Below the pieces are notes generated by a model that had not been told where the DNA came from, did no database searches, and saw only the letters and a list, made by a program, of their open reading frames with translations. This document shows, piece by piece, positions 62,432 through 64,000 of a stretch of 64,000 nt of DNA (its first letter is position 1; each line of letters starts with the position of its first letter). This DNA comes from Diadema antillarum. Lineage: Eukaryota. Both the position numbers and the translations under genes were made by a program. The DNA lies in contig NW_027271682.1 in assembly GCF_040938485.1 (NCBI RefSeq), forward strand, positions 930,001-994,000. The letters run 5' to 3'.

Positions 62432-62584
62432 NNNNNNNNNNNNNNNNNNNNNNNNNNNNNNNNNNNNNNNNNNNNNNNNNNNNNNNNNNNNNNNNNNNNN
62501 NNNNNNNNNNNNNNNNNNNNNNNNNNNNNNNNNNNNNNNNNNNNNNNNNNNNNNNNNNNNNNNNNNNNNNNNNNNNNNNNNNNN
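62432..62584. other. Assembly gap / masked run (N)
   Basis: Run of N. Confidence 0.99.
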
Positions 62585-62735
62585 AGCGCTGGAAAGTGTA
62601 CACGCGTGCATATTATGTGTCATTACTCATATACATAACACATAACATACACACATATATATATGTATGTGTATGTTTATTGAAAAAGGTCTTTGACCAA
62701 AACGTCAGTCCAATTTTTTGGCTCCTGCGGTGTTT

Positions 62736-62908
62736 NNNNNNNNNNNNNNNNNNNNNNNNNNNNNNNNNNNNNNNNNNNNNNNNNNNNNNNNNNNNNNNNN
62801 NNNNNNNNNNNNNNNNNNNNNNNNNNNNNNNNNNNNNNNNNNNNNNNNNNNNNNNNNNNNNNNNNNNNNNNNNNNNNNNNNNNNNNNNNNNNNNNNNNNN
62901 NNNNNNNN
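62736..62908. other. Assembly gap / masked run (N)
   Basis: Run of N. Confidence 0.99.
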
Positions 62909-63167
62909 CATACAGACGAATAAGTGGGAAGTACTTTATTTACAGACTTGCCGTTACAACATGCAAACAAATAGCATTGCGGAGCAATCCAATCATAAGA
63001 ATCATTAAAGTAGATAGTTAACATGGAATAAAAGTAAAAAATAAGTAATTGTCAAATCTGTGCTTTCCTTCCACACAAGCGAAGGTCAATATTCAAAATA
63101 TTCTTTCGCGATCAAAAAAAAAAATGCATTTTCCCACTTAGGTGTATTTCTTTGAAAAGATACCTTG

Positions 63168-63336
63168 GAGGTGTTTCAAAAAGCTGTTCGTAAAGTTACG
63201 AAAAACTTACGAGCGACTGGTGATCAGTTCTTGTGCTGAAGTATGGAAATTCTGATAAGTATAGCACATTAGAACTGATCACCAGTCGCTCGTAAGTTGT
63301 TCGTAACTTTACGAACAGCTTTGTGAAACAACCCCC
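63168..63336. mobile_element. Harbinger-like hairpin MITE
   Basis: ~60-bp inverted arms gtttcaaaaagctgttcgtaaagttacgaa...cgagcgactggtgatcagttc / gaactgatcaccagtcgctcg...ttcgtaactttacgaacagctttgtgaaac. Confidence 0.75.
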
Positions 63337-63695
63337 TTATATTGTGTTTTTCATTTCTCAAGCTCGTTTCCTTTTATTAGCGGAATCGAAACATCGGTTT
63401 TATACGAGTCTTTACGCCGTAAAGAATTGATTATGATAAGAGCAAAGTAGATAGCATGATAGAATTAAGGCCATGTACATCGGTACATCTATTTACAAAA
63501 CATACACTCCGAAGAAAATATAAAAAATTCGTCCTTTGAGGGTCTTCTTTCACAGCTTAGACTGACCATGAATGCCTCAGAACTGAAAATCTTGCGCAAA
63601 ATATGAACGAGTGAGTACATCGATTATCATCGTCGGCTGCCCGTACAAAGTGAGGGAGCGTATTTTTTTGAATATTTATTTTGTTTTGTGTGTAT

Positions 63696-63698
63696 GTG

Positions 63699-63748
<50 letters not shown>

Positions 63749-63784
63749 TTTTTTTTTTTTTTTTTTTTTTTTGGGGGGGGGGGG
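63696..63784. repeat. (TGT)n + poly-T + poly-G simple repeat
   Basis: Directly visible; gives the spurious poly-Q/poly-K ORF at 63557-63862. Confidence 0.95.
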
Positions 63785-64000
63785 TAATTTCGAATACTTG
63801 TTTTTACTTGCATAATTTAAAGAAAAAAGAGTACATCGCGTTAGCTTTCTGATGGTGTACAAGCCGAGTTATGATCATGATGATATTTCACATTCTAGTT
63901 GATATAGTGCACGCTGGTTTTTCAAAATTTGCAATGAAAATATGGTGTAAACATATCCTAAAATTATTTTTCTTTGTTGTCGTTGGCAACTGACGTCTGT

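Noticed and set aside
63557-63862. Poly-K/poly-Q ORF
   Set aside because: Simple-repeat artefact.

Overview
AT-rich, intron-rich animal genomic DNA, probably from an echinoderm such as a sea urchin (inferred from gene structure and transposon families, not proven). Host genes reconstructed by hand from splice sites: (1) the first coding exon of an SLC22/organic-cation-transporter-like gene running off the left edge (minus, 1-324; missing from the ORF track); (2) a complete 11-exon MRG15/MORF4L1 gene (plus, 14324-25966, 337 aa); (3) a convergent SNAPC3/SNAP50 gene (minus, about 33662-45788); (4) a 600-aa single-exon orphan ORF (plus, 55810-57612); (5) a probable GC3-rich exon at about 60.9-61.3 kb (minus). 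The rest is a dense mobile-element landscape. It includes an apparently intact ~7.9-kb LINE with an L1-type ORF1, an APE-RT ORF2 and a 2.8-kb spacer, and a very young non-autonomous Gypsy-like LTR element. There are also Helentron/DINE-like elements (one with a ~158-bp internal array) and many Kolobok-, piggyBac-, Harbinger- and foldback-type MITEs. The strongest leads are a 383-bp TSD-flanked insertion carrying CCAAT/TATA motifs and a minimal type I hammerhead ribozyme (38175-38557), and a MITE that appears to have captured an inverted copy of neighbouring DNA (10701-10990). No tRNA, rRNA or CRISPR features were seen. Three N gaps are present.
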